Assembly (NCBI RefSeq): GCF_006345805.1
Contig: NC_043002.1
Location: forward strand, 64,790,001-64,854,000
DNA from: Octopus sinensis
Lineage: Eukaryota
Length of the DNA: 64,000 bases
Reading direction: 5' to 3'
The notes beneath the pieces were generated by a model. That model ran no database searches and was not told the DNA's origin. It saw nothing but the letters and a program-made list of their open reading frames with translations. Made by a program: the position numbers and the translations under genes. How positions within the stretch are numbered: position 1 is the stretch's first letter; every line of letters begins with the position of its first letter. Positions 1 to 11,222 of the stretch are shown here, one piece after another.

Positions 1-620
1 CCACACACACACACACACACACACACAGATACATGCTTATATACATACATGCATACATTCATACATACTTAATGTTTACAATTCGATTTCGAGCAATGTC
101 ATCTCTTGACTGTTCTCTCCAACATGAGCAGCACAGATAAGGCTTCTCAAACCTGCTAGGTATCAACACTGTTTAGCGCACATGTGGCAATTATAAGCGC
201 CTTTAGTGCTAGGTATTCCTTGAGCTTTATCCTCGCGCTGACTAGTGGTTTCATTCCTTCAGTTACTTTTGCATTGAATGTTCTACTTCCTTTCGCTACT
301 ACCAACCATAGAATGCAAAGCAGAATGGAGATGCTAAAAGTCAAGCCACGGTTTACATGAAAATATGAAAATGAGAAACACCCTGCACAAGTTCAATACC
401 ACTCTCGAGGTCACACACGAATTTGCCTGCAAATATCAAGTACTCTACATCATCGGATGCAAAAGAAGTCGCAGTTGCTACTGCGAGATTAGGACACTCT
501 CCCTCCTCAATGTTCTATGGCCCTTGACACTACTGAGTAAATGCACGTTTTCACCGGTTCTCTCCTTCGTCCAACAAGAGTGCCCAAAGGCAACAAACAT
601 CCCTACCGTGCGTGGTACTC

Positions 621-736
621 ATTATTATTATTAAGGTCACTGCCTGGAATCGAACTCGGAAATGTGGAGTTAAGAGCTCGGGCTACTCACCTCAAGATTA
701 CGAGTTCGATTCCAGGCAGTGACCTTAAAAATAATG

Positions 737-806
<70 letters not shown>

Positions 807-957
807 CCTTAGGAATGAGAACCCAGGTTCAAAATTTCCCCAAGACACCTGATGAAGGCTGGAGGGTATATCAGCCGAAACGTTGTGTTAGCAACAAACA
901 AGATGAAGACAAATATCCGTCAAATGTAAATAATATAAATAATGTAAATAATGCAGA
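621..957 (+). mobile_element. Short composite element: inverted tRNA-like head copy + tRNA-like head + (AAT)n + PLE pLTR-like tail with hammerhead
   Basis: Perfect 28-bp inverted repeat 631-658/701-728; B-box-like GAGTTCGATTCC at 702-713; (AAT)n 729-803; HHR at 845-888; AATGTAAAT-type terminal repeats ~921-957. Confidence 0.6.
845..888 (+). ncRNA. Minimal type I hammerhead ribozyme, intact core
   Basis: Stem I ACAC(845-848)/GTGT(885-888); CTGATGA 849-855; stem II GGCTG/CAGCC; GAAA 877-880; palindromic stem III ACGT; cleavage triplet GUU. Confidence 0.75.
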
Positions 958-1570
958 TAGAGTAATGTCCGTCGAATATGGTGAGTGGGGCATCATTTCC
1001 CATTCAAACAGCGCCAACCTTTTGAATGTATCCTTGCTGTATGTGACCGAGCATTATCGGGATGGAAGAACTACTTTCGTTTTGAAACCAACTTGAATGA
1101 CTGTTTGAATGACCAAATCCAAGCTTGTCTGCTTCTTTCTCAACAGTTAAGATGGTATTTTGTTCCACCAGAATATGCAGGACGGCCTTGTTGAGCTCTA
1201 CAGATCTTCCAGGACAAGGCTCGTTTTCTAGGCTGTAGTTTCCAGCTCGGAATTTCTGGAACCACCGTTAACACTGCATTAAACACCACCACCTTATACT
1301 GCATTAATATTCCTCACACTTTTCATTACGTTATTGCCTGTATTGAACTCATAAAGCAAAATATGCTGAATACGCACCTTTCTCACTTCCATCATAGCTT
1401 TGAAAAAATAACTGTTATAATCGAACTGCATTCTTCAAAACTTGCACTAAGAATGAGGTTAAAGTAAAATTACTACCTGTTTTTATAGCGATTCCATGCA
1501 GGTAGTTTATCCCAAACCGCTCCGACTTTTAGTTCATGCAGTTGAAAAACCGCATTATTTATGGGATGAC

Positions 1571-1625
<55 letters not shown>

Positions 1626-2321
1626 TATTCTGCTCTATATCCTGGTCTTCTTCTTTGGATATATTTTCTGGCTCCATTCCTATATTAATTATTGTTTCTT
1701 GTCAAGCAATTTCTGAATATGATTCGATATGAGTTTGTTTTGTGAATCACACTTTTATATGCATCGTACAGAATACATTCTAGCAGACTTAACGCATCAT
1801 TCAATATCTATGCCATTTCCATCCCTCACGTTTAATGTTCAAATATAATTTGACAATTTCTCTGCATTCGTATTCTCCATATCAGAAGTGGTTTGTATAC
1901 TGTAAATACCGGCTTTGAAGCTATTTTCCTGTTAGAACTTTTTTCTATCCTTCTTATTTACTGTTATATGGATTTACTACAGAACACTATGCAACGGATA
2001 TTATTTAACATTCGTTTCTGAGTGGTCTGTAGTTCAAATATTTATTATTCTATTTTAAGTATCCCTTTATACGCTGAGATATCCAATGGTTAAGCCACCT
2101 ACATTAAATAATCTATACTTTTAGGGAAACTGTAAAATGATCTGCTGACGTCTAAATACACTGTCCTTTTTCTGCGTTTAATTCATACCATATGCCAATT
2201 AAAGCAAGATTATGTCGGGTTTCCTAGGTCTGGTTAATAGTTCTAGTTTTAAAGTTATCGATTCTATTGTATATTTGTTTGTTTAGGGGGGGTTACTGAT
2301 CAGACTTTTGTGCATTTCAAG

Positions 2322-2446
2322 GGGTACAGTTATTGCTTCAATTGCAGTTTTACTCACTGTCACGGCGTGCTATAATAAGAGGGACGAATTTAAGGATATT
2401 AAGGGGAGGAAAGAAGAGGCTCATTCGGCTGATTATTCTGAGGATG
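2322..2446 (+). CDS. Candidate exon encoding a transmembrane helix plus charged juxtamembrane segment
   Basis: Acceptor cttttgtgcatttcaag; open frame GTVIASIAVLLTVTACYNKRDEFKDIKGRKEEAHSADYSED; donor ATG|GTTTTA is weak. Confidence 0.25.
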
Positions 2447-2718
2447 GTTTTAGGATTAATTCATATTCGTTAGTTGTCCAGTTCGGTTCCAATAGGAATC
2501 TTGTGTATTTATTGACAAAGCCAATATATTATCTAAGAAGACTAATCCGCCTAAACGTTTTATTTCTGCAAATGTTAAATTAGAAATGTTTTAAAACAAA
2601 CATTCCCAACTTAGATATTTTTGCTTTCTGCTCGTTCATATCGTGTGAATTGTGGGTATTTTTTCTCAATATAGAAGTCTCTATCCTGTACCTAATTTAC
2701 TCGCCATTCTATCAGGTT

Positions 2719-2975
2719 TCTAAAGGCGGCGAATTGACAGAGTCGTTAAATCCTTAAACAAAAAGCTTAGCGGTATTGTTCCTGCTGTTTACATAAAGGG
2801 GACAAACAGGGACAGACATTGATCCTAGTGCGTAACTGGTACTCATTTAATCGACCCCGAAATGAAGAAAGGTAAAGTCGACCTCGTCGGAATGTGAACT
2901 CAGAACGTTACGGCAGACAAAATACCGCTAATCATTTCGCCTGGCGTGCTAAAGATTCTGCCAGCTCGCCGCCAT
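2719..2975. mobile_element. SINE family A: + strand head fragment joined to a - strand copy
   Basis: aaggcggcgaattgacagagtcgtta head at ~2720; reverse complement of the family body and head at 2790-2975 (matches 13145-13372). Confidence 0.8.
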
Positions 2976-4333
2976 ATCAAGTTAAAATATTGCCTAAATT
3001 GTTCGCAACATTTTAGAGGAGCATTTTATTAAAACTCTCCGCACATGTAAAAGTTTGCTGCTTTCTTTATCTCATAGAGCCATCACGCATTTCCTAATCG
3101 TATTAATACAACTGATATAAACACAAAAGCGGAATAGAATCCGGCATACGCATTCTAGAACTACGATGCATATTTATGCGCAGCGAAATTACATATTTCG
3201 ATGAGAGTTGTGTAATATTATTGATAATCTCATATTCACTGCTGTGTTCAACTCTCTCTTTTATTCCGGTAATCGTAGGTTTAAAGTAATGGTTATACAT
3301 AGAATTTATATTCCTGTAAACTACTGAATGCATAATCGTTTCGAATATGGGGCTATAAAGCAACGAAGGAGCATTCTTGACAAACAGTTCAGGTTCAAAA
3401 CTGGGTAACGTTTGAAATACGCTTCATCAAACTGTCTAGCTACGAAAAACCCTATCTAAACAAAGCAACACACAACAAAATATATCACACCAAACAAACA
3501 TAACGCACTCAGAATAATAAACACAACACCAAATACAAAAACTACACCCTCCTCTAGTTTAAACCAAATCCACGCATCCAATGTTTTTTCGAAGATTGCT
3601 AGAGAGTTCCTTTCAGAATTGGACGGATGTTTCCCGAAATCACGCTAATACCACTCCATATTTAACAAGCTTAACATGAAGATTTCTTACATAACCCTCC
3701 TCGAACTTGCAACAACACATGATCCAAATCAACAAGAACGTAAACAAGGGCTAGAATAACTATCCCCAACCAATCTTCAGCTAATGAACCTGTACATAAT
3801 GCTCGCCCGACCGAAGCCCCATCACAGGACAAGCACGAAAATCCATAGCCCGGACCAATACGGAAATAATAAGAACCAAATACTAATTAAACCAGGGAGT
3901 CGGTATAACAACAACACGGTGAACACGAATCGACATGCAACTAGAACGACGAGACCGAGACCAATTGATTACAACCACCGGTCATTTACAACAGCCAGCT
4001 ATGGGTACTAGTGTAAGGACAAATGAAGACGCCCAATTGATAACTCTGCATGACTGGCAACCTCATATATAAATGCACAGTGAACACACGAGGAGGCATG
4101 TACGTGTACAGAGGTGCTACGGCCGATTCATCCAAGAATCGATACCGCAACTACATCCCAAGCCTTAAAAAATAACCAAGAGTCATACAACATCACTGGT
4201 GGACTTTCTGTGGCAACTGAAAATAAAATCAACTATGAACTGTCCTGGGCACACGCACAGCCATACAACACTACAATGCTGACAGCTCAGCACCTTCACA
4301 GCCATAACTTGCATGCATGAAAACCCCCAGCCT

Positions 4334-5514
4334 CGATGATAGTGATGCTGTTGACATCGTTTTATTGGACTTTGCCAAAGCTTTTGACTCGGTGAACCAC
4401 CGCCTATTACTTGTCAAGCTTCAAGCATATAGTTTCCATCCGGATATTGTACGATGGGTTGGTGCCTTCCTCTCAGATCGCTCCTTCCAAGTCGAAGTTA
4501 ATGGTTCGCGGCCCGACGTCTCCAGTGCGAGCAGTGGCATGCCTCAAGGTTCAGTGCTTAGGCCCTTATTGTTCTTAGTCTTCATAAATGACTTGCCCGA
4601 CGACCTCACGCAACACACCCTTCTATTTGCCAACGATATCAAACTGGTCGCTCCTCGCGGTGATATAGAGGATCTTCGTCGATGCCTCCACCAAATTTGG
4701 AAGTGGTCTAATGAATGGAACCTGTGTCTGAACGTGTCAAAATGGTGTCATCTGCCTGTTGGCTCTCCTCCTGCAACTCAACTTGATTTCGAGCCGGGTC
4801 GTCTGCTGCTGGAGAGGACCGATCAGGTAAAGGACCTGGGTATCTTGGTGGATTCCTCCTTTTCGCCTTCGGTCCAGTGCGTCCATGCTGCCAACAAAGC
4901 ACGCGGAATTCTGTTCTTGATTCGACGGTCATTCGGAATGCTCACAGCAGCCATATTCCTACCACTCTATGTCACGCTGGTGAGACCCATATTGGAGTAC
5001 GGGATTCAAGCCTCTTCTCCTTATCTCCTCAAAGACATACAGCATCTCGAAAGAGTCCAGAAGCTGGCTACCCGCATGGTTCATGGTCTCAAAAATTTGG
5101 CCTACGAAGAAAGGCTGAGGACGCTCGACCTTTATTCTCTTGAAAAACGCCGCCGCCGTGGTGATCTCATTCTCGCCCACAACATCATAAGCGGAAAGTG
5201 TAACCTCTCGAAAGAGCTGTTCTTCACTCCTGCTCCAGAGCGTCGGCTGCGGGGTCATTCCGAAAAGCTCTACCTGCGACGATTTCATCTCAATCGAAGG
5301 AGAGGAGCTTTCTCCGTCCGGGTTGCGGATCCGTGGAACAAGCTGCCAGACGAGATGGTGAAGATGCCGACGACCGCTTTGTTCAAAGCCTCCCTTGACC
5401 TCAAGTGGCCTGAACTCTTTACATGAACACCACCCTGTACTTAACTCCATGTCCCCCTACATGGCCTTGCTGTTTGCTTTTGAGCCAAATTAACTAACTA
5501 ACTAACTAACTAAC
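4334..5514 (+). mobile_element. 5'-truncated CR1-clade LINE (RT domain, 3'UTR, (TAAC)n tail)
   Basis: ORF 4317-5426 with LDFAKAFDSV, GMPQGSVLRPLLF, LFANDIKL (catalytic DD changed to ND) and C-terminal RVADPWNKLP; tail (TAAC)n 5491-5514; AACAC at both junctions (4267-4271, 5512-5516). Confidence 0.95.
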
Positions 5515-6757
5515 ACCTTTTCTAGGCGGTATAGGCTGTGCTCGGAAGAGCCGTTGTCAGTTTTACTAACTCGTGAAAGAGTAATTAACAAATTAACTGA
5601 ACGAATTGCATACACTCTAAGAAAGCAATCTTCACCCACTACAATCCTGACAGCTCAGCACCTTCACAGCCATAACTTGCATGCATGAAAACCCCCAGCC
5701 TAGGAAAACACTGACAGTTGTATCTATGTATATAGCCATATATGAACGTATGGACAGTTATATCCTTGTAACTAAGTACGCATGTACCCTGTATAGATCC
5801 GTTCTTTTTTACATCCACGCACGCTATAAAAATATATATGTATTCATGCGCATCCGCGTGTGTGTGCATTCACGTGTAGGGCGAGTGTTTATGTATCTAC
5901 GTGTATGTGTATATGCGCATATATGTATGTGTACATATACGCATATGGGTATATGTATATAAGTGCAAGTGCGTATATATATATGTGTGTGTGTATATGT
6001 GTGTGAGTGTACTATGTGAGTGTGTATAGATAAAACAGCGATATGTTTGTGTATGTATATGTGTGAGTGCGCATGCACATGTGTGTATTTATATGTGTAT
6101 GTTTCGGTGTAAAAGCAAATATAGATGGATGCGAACATGTACACACGTGGAATAGCGCGAGTTCCCATATAAGTGAGCGTATGTCCAGGTGTAAACGAGT
6201 GTGTGCCTATATATGCGGGCTGAGCCTTGACAAAATGAGGTATATGTGCCCGAATGTATGTGTATATACAATATATGTGTGTGCGTGTGTTCGTGTGTGT
6301 GAGTGTGTTCGTGTGTGTGAGAGCATATACACACATGTGTGTATATATATGGGGAATGTATGCCTCTGTGTGTGTAGGTTTAAGCAGCCACCACGTCTAA
6401 AGACCGGAATCCCACCCCTACCAAAATCCTTGACCACGCCGTTGCGCTTGACTGCCATAGCCACCCGCTATATCTGTTCAGTCCAAAGCCATAAGCACCC
6501 CTACTGTTATACATTAGATTCCTTTATTCTTGTATTATTTCTTCTTAACAATCACTTCTTCAGCACACTTATAAACACCCCACTTCTCCATTTTTATTAG
6601 ATTCTTTTCACTTCCTTTATTTCTTTTATCAACCACTTCCTGACCACAACTTCCTCACTATAGCAAAATGTGTCTGAACTGCTAGCAACTCACCACCAGC
6701 ATATAATCTGGAGCGAAAGTGAAATATAAATCTGAAAACTTTTGAAGTATGTTGCGT

Positions 6758-6859
6758 CACCTGATGGTGTTCACTGCACTGTGTGTTGTATCTGATGCCT
6801 TTACATCGTCCCACACCCACCAGGGAGCAGTGCAAAACGAAGCCGAAACGATCGTTGTG
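6758..6859 (+). ncRNA. Degenerate PLE hammerhead
   Basis: CAC-CTGATG(G)...CC-GAAA-CGATCGT-T-GTG: palindromic stem III ACGATCGT and stem I CAC/GTG; A9 lost and stem II long and imperfect. Confidence 0.35.
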
Positions 6860-6929
6860 CTATTAAAGGTTCTAGTTACACTCCGCTTTCTGAATCACTC
6901 ATTCAATATACATATATATGCGTATATAT

Positions 6930-6981
<52 letters not shown>

Positions 6982-7221
6982 TGAGAGAGGGAAAGAGAGA
7001 GATTCGGAGGGTGTTTTTGTTATATATATATATATATGTATGTATGTATGTATGTTGTATGTATGTATGTATGTATGTATGTATGTATGTATGCATGTAT
7101 GTGTGTGTGTGTGTATGTGTGTGTTATATTTTGTTGTTCTTATTTGGAAAGCAACTTGACGTATTTTCATCTAGGAACTACAATAATCCAAACTTCGGAA
7201 ACGTGTTATTCTTTTATTCAG

Positions 7222-7253
7222 CATTTTGTTAAAGCTGTCGTGTTAGATTGCAG
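7222..7253 (+). CDS. Candidate 32-nt exon (HFVKAVVLDC+AG)
   Basis: Acceptor gttattcttttattcag; strong donor CAG|GTGAGC; only one open frame. Confidence 0.3.
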
Positions 7254-8649
7254 GTGAGCATATGTATACACAACCTTCAGCGACATTGCTATCGTTATCA
7301 GATACATACTTCCAGCAGGTGTACAGGGAAATGTAATTTATATTTAGTCGACTAGTGTAGGCACATCAAGCCTCCTGTGTGAAAGTTGCCAGAGGTACCT
7401 ACATTTAATCATTATACTCTGTTTATATTGCAAGTTGTTAATTTGTTTCTCACATCGATTTCACTGTATCTACATCTTTGTAACCTCACCTAATATATTT
7501 AAGTAGATCCTAGACTTGTCTCTCCTGAGGTTATTGAAACTTAAGACTTGCTTTATCTCTCTAAATAATTTGTCTCAAGACTGAAATATCAGTTACCTAA
7601 TGTCAATGATTTTCAATTTCTTTCTTATTTCCTGGTATTTGTCTCAATTGTGCAGCTTCTTTGATGTTATTTCTTTGTCAGTAATGAATGGAATCCGCCA
7701 TATTATGAACGATCACAACTATTATCAGCTTTCTGTTTTGTCTGTCTCCACCAATTTACTTCTTTCCGATGTTAGTCTATTCGCAAACATAATGTTACTA
7801 TCCGTGTCTTAGCGGTCAATATAGGTTGCTTTAGTCGAAAATATTTAGAAAATGTTTATTTTCTGTTCAATTTGGAAATATGCTATGGGCACCATATTTA
7901 AATTGCTTCGTCTTTTATTTATTATTATTATTATTTTATTGCTTTTTATAAATTCTTTTCGTTTTGAATTTGTTTTTGCTATTCTTTTCTTAAAAGCCAC
8001 CCAATGCTTTCTTCCTCGTGATCAATCGCTCTGCTGGTTGTTAGACCTCCGGGCCAAATCCAATATTGTTTCAAGGCAACAATGAAAATTAAATCACGTT
8101 TAAGAACGTTCAATGCTGAGAGGTAGTTTGCGAAGTTTGTTCTCTACATTTCTGTACACATTTTTGCATAACAATTTACACAATACGTGGACCTGTAAGA
8201 CAATACGTGAACCTGTAAAACACTTCCATACTTTCAAGAGAATGGCATAAGACTCTAATATCGGAATTTTGCACGGTGATTGGACATTATATCAAAATGC
8301 TGCTGGCTTTACTCTCACTTTACGATTATATTGTACCAAATATATTAATCATCATTAGTTATACCAAATCTATTATCTTAATTTCTTGAGTCTGATTGTA
8401 AAATTATGTTTTTATACAAATATATACTATGCATGCAAGCTATAAACGTTTTTGAAATTACTTCTATTAAAGTCAGAGGTGTTACCTGTTGTTATCGTAA
8501 ATAATTCGGAAGCATATTTCTGTATGTGATATGCATACTTCAATATGATTGGGATTTCAGCATAGAGATCACCAAGAGAATATATTCGCTAACCTTCGAA
8601 GACAATTTCTCAACATCACCAAGTCTATCGTTTGTTGCCTATAGCATCT

Positions 8650-9420
8650 TAATCATGACAACTATTCATGAAAGGTGAAGTATAGTTGGAAAACGCATCT
8701 ATCACCTTCAATGCAGCAGTACATGCCTGACGGACTGAAGCACTTACGCCTCCTCTTAGAACACGTTCCGCTAATCAAGAGCCACATTTGTTATCAACAT
8801 GCACATCGTGAATTCCTGGCTACAAATTTGTTGGTGCTCCGCAGACATGCGTTGCGGCTGTGACCTCTCCAGTAATCCATTGAAGGTAACCAAATGTTGC
8901 CGCATGTCAGTTGAATATGTCTAGATTTCCTCTCTACAGTTTTGGTTTCAAGCGAATGACAAAGCAAGATGCTTCACAAATGCAATGTCGACATGCTCTC
9001 GCTGTCTTGCAATAGTTAGAGTAGTGTGGTTTAGTAGTTGTACTACTCTGGCATTCTACGACGGGTTGTTCACAAATAAGCGTGAAGACGTTATCTGTGA
9101 GACTCTATGTACCAACTAAAATCAACTAGCTAGACTCTTTCGGTGAAATTTTGTACTGGGACCCATGGCCAACTTCCATATATCGCTGATCTGGCTGTAC
9201 TACCCGAGAGCACTGCTGTCTAAAGACAAGGGAATACACGCAGTCGAGCATGAAGTTGATAAGTGCAAAAGGACGAAACTGTTCGGCACCCATTCCTCTA
9301 ATTCTTGAACAGTACTGACTTGTGGAGCAAGTTAGAGCAAAAGTTGTCACCTGTTGGATGGATCTCTTAACGCCTGGGTCTGTTATGTACGTCACTCCGC
9401 CATCTTCCTTTAGTACAGTT
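8650..9420 (-). mobile_element. Highly decayed Gypsy-like gag region (tentative)
   Basis: Minus-strand fragments GHSRNAC...ARNSRCAC**QMWLLISGTCSK resemble a gag zinc-knuckle; AAGATGGCGG near the 5' end; many stops. Confidence 0.3.
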
Positions 9421-9639
9421 GGTGGTTATCAGTCACCTGGCCCTAGCGAAAGAATAGTTGTGGTGGACCAACAAGCAGGGACTAGAAATTTATACATTTT
9501 TCTAATTCCACCCCGACCCAATTTGCCTTTCATCCTCTCGGGTCAGTGAATATACACCTGTCAAGATTTAGGGACATTGATGTTGCGTAACTACTTTATT
9601 CTCAAAATTGATGGCCTTCTTTTAAAATATGAAACAAAT

Positions 9640-9810
9640 TAAGGTGGTGTGGTAGCTGAATTGTTAGCGCGTCCGGTAAAATGCCAAGCGGTACACCTTG
9701 GGAATTTTTAGCTTCCAAGCTCAAATCTCTCCGATGTCAGTTTTGTCTTTCATCATTTCTTGATCAATAAAATAAGAACACCGAGGTCAATGCAATTGAT
9801 TTAATATATG
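9640..9810 (+). mobile_element. SINE family A, degenerate
   Basis: aaggtggtgtggtagctgaattgttagcgcg head; tttgtctttcatcatttc body. Confidence 0.6.
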
Positions 9811-9882
9811 ATTGCCGTCCATGTGCTAAAATTGGAAACCATTATTTTTATTATTATTATCAGCCGAGGAAGCCATGATAAA

Positions 9883-9883
9883 C

Positions 9884-9916
<33 letters not shown>

Positions 9917-10025
9917 ATGGTAGCGGTGGTGGTGATTGTACTGGTGGTAGTGGTGGTGGTGGTGGTGGTGGTGGTGATAGTAGTAGTAGTAGTAGTAGTA
10001 GTAGTAGCAGCAGCAGTAGTAGTAG
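9883..10025. repeat. Compound (AGT)n/(GGT)n microsatellite
   Basis: Directly visible. Confidence 0.95.
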
Positions 10026-10808
10026 CTGTCGTTGTTACTGAATATGGGAACCTATTGCGGTTCGTTTAAGCAAGTCTTTTACTCAACATAAGTAAAATAT
10101 ATAAACTGAGTGAGGGGTGCCGCTCTTCGCAAAGAAATGGAAACACGGCACCACATTACAGATAGAAATCTCTGGAACAAAGCAAAGCAGATTTAAAAAA
10201 TAAAAAGACTGGAAAAAAAAATACACGCTTTCACACCTAGTCATATATGGACATACTCAAACATATACACTCGTTCATAGGAAAGCAAACAGGTTTTGTT
10301 TCGTCTATCAATGCCGAGCAAGCTATTATTTTGTTGGTAATTATTTTATCAAGAACATTCGGATTTAGACAAAACAATAATCACATTTTCACAACAACAC
10401 CAACCTGGAGCCTGTGAGGTATAGAAAAAAATATAATTGGATTACCTAGATGGACATACATACGTGTGGCTATAAATATGTGTACATTTATGCTTATGTG
10501 TACGTGCGTGTTTGTGTTTGTATACAAATACATATACAAATACACACACATACACGCATATATGTATATATATTTATATTACATATATATGTATATATAA
10601 TATCCATGTATATATGTATATATAATATATATTTACTTATATATAAATATATAAGTATAAATACGTAGACATATATGCGGATATATATCTATAAGTACGT
10701 GTGTGTATATATGAGGGTTTATTCATATACACACACGACTCACTGATATATACATGTACATACATATAAATGTACATACATCCGAATTTACCCATTTCTC
10801 TGTCGATC

Positions 10809-10867
<59 letters not shown>

Positions 10868-11053
10868 TTACATGTGTGTATAGATACACACACATACATA
10901 CACATAATGAGTTACAAAGATAGACACATATACATGTGCTGAAAAATGTATGGCTAAATATAAATATATCTGCAGTTCTCTGTATGTATGTATCTATGTC
11001 GTATGTGTGTGTGAATACATACATAAATACATACACGCACACGCACACATACA

Positions 11054-11123
<70 letters not shown>

Positions 11124-11140
11124 TTTTTTGTGGTTCATGG

Positions 11141-11222
<82 letters not shown>
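11141..11222. repeat. (GATA)n microsatellite (others at ~6925-6982, ~15597-15655)
   Basis: Directly visible. Confidence 0.95.

Larger units (their letters stand above)
3420..6890 (+). mobile_element. Degenerate Penelope-like element (C-terminal GIY-YIG, Neptune-like), interrupted by a CR1 LINE
   Basis: RT-EN linker IAREFLSELDGCFPKSR*YHSIFNKLNMKISY (3595-3690); GIY-YIG CMTGNLIYKCTVNTRGGMYVYRGATADSSKNRYRNY (~4048-4155); AHAQPYNT resumes after the CR1 as TFSRRYRLCSEEPLSVLLTRERVINK; pLTR-like end with a decayed HHR at ~6758-6859. Confidence 0.75.

Noticed and set aside
719-1096. Poly-Ile/Asn ORFs
   Set aside because: Read-through of (AAT)n.
61-1270. Possible R4-like LINE relic on the minus strand around the 621-957 element
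   Set aside because: Only vague peptide resemblance; no diagnostic motif.
1630-2250. Possible PLE RT relic on the minus strand (LDVSRSFYSFP...)
   Set aside because: Too degenerate to support without an alignment.
4317-5426. Active CR1 reverse transcriptase gene
   Set aside because: 5'-truncated (no endonuclease or ORF1), and the catalytic DD reads ND.
5824-7257. His/Thr/Tyr/Val/Cys-rich ORFs here and throughout the window
   Set aside because: Products of (CA)n, (TA)n and (TACA)n microsatellites.
8180-8219. 20-bp tandem duplication (similar at 59830-59869; 10-bp x3 at ~24056-24089)
   Set aside because: Ordinary slippage duplications; two or three units with no spacers.
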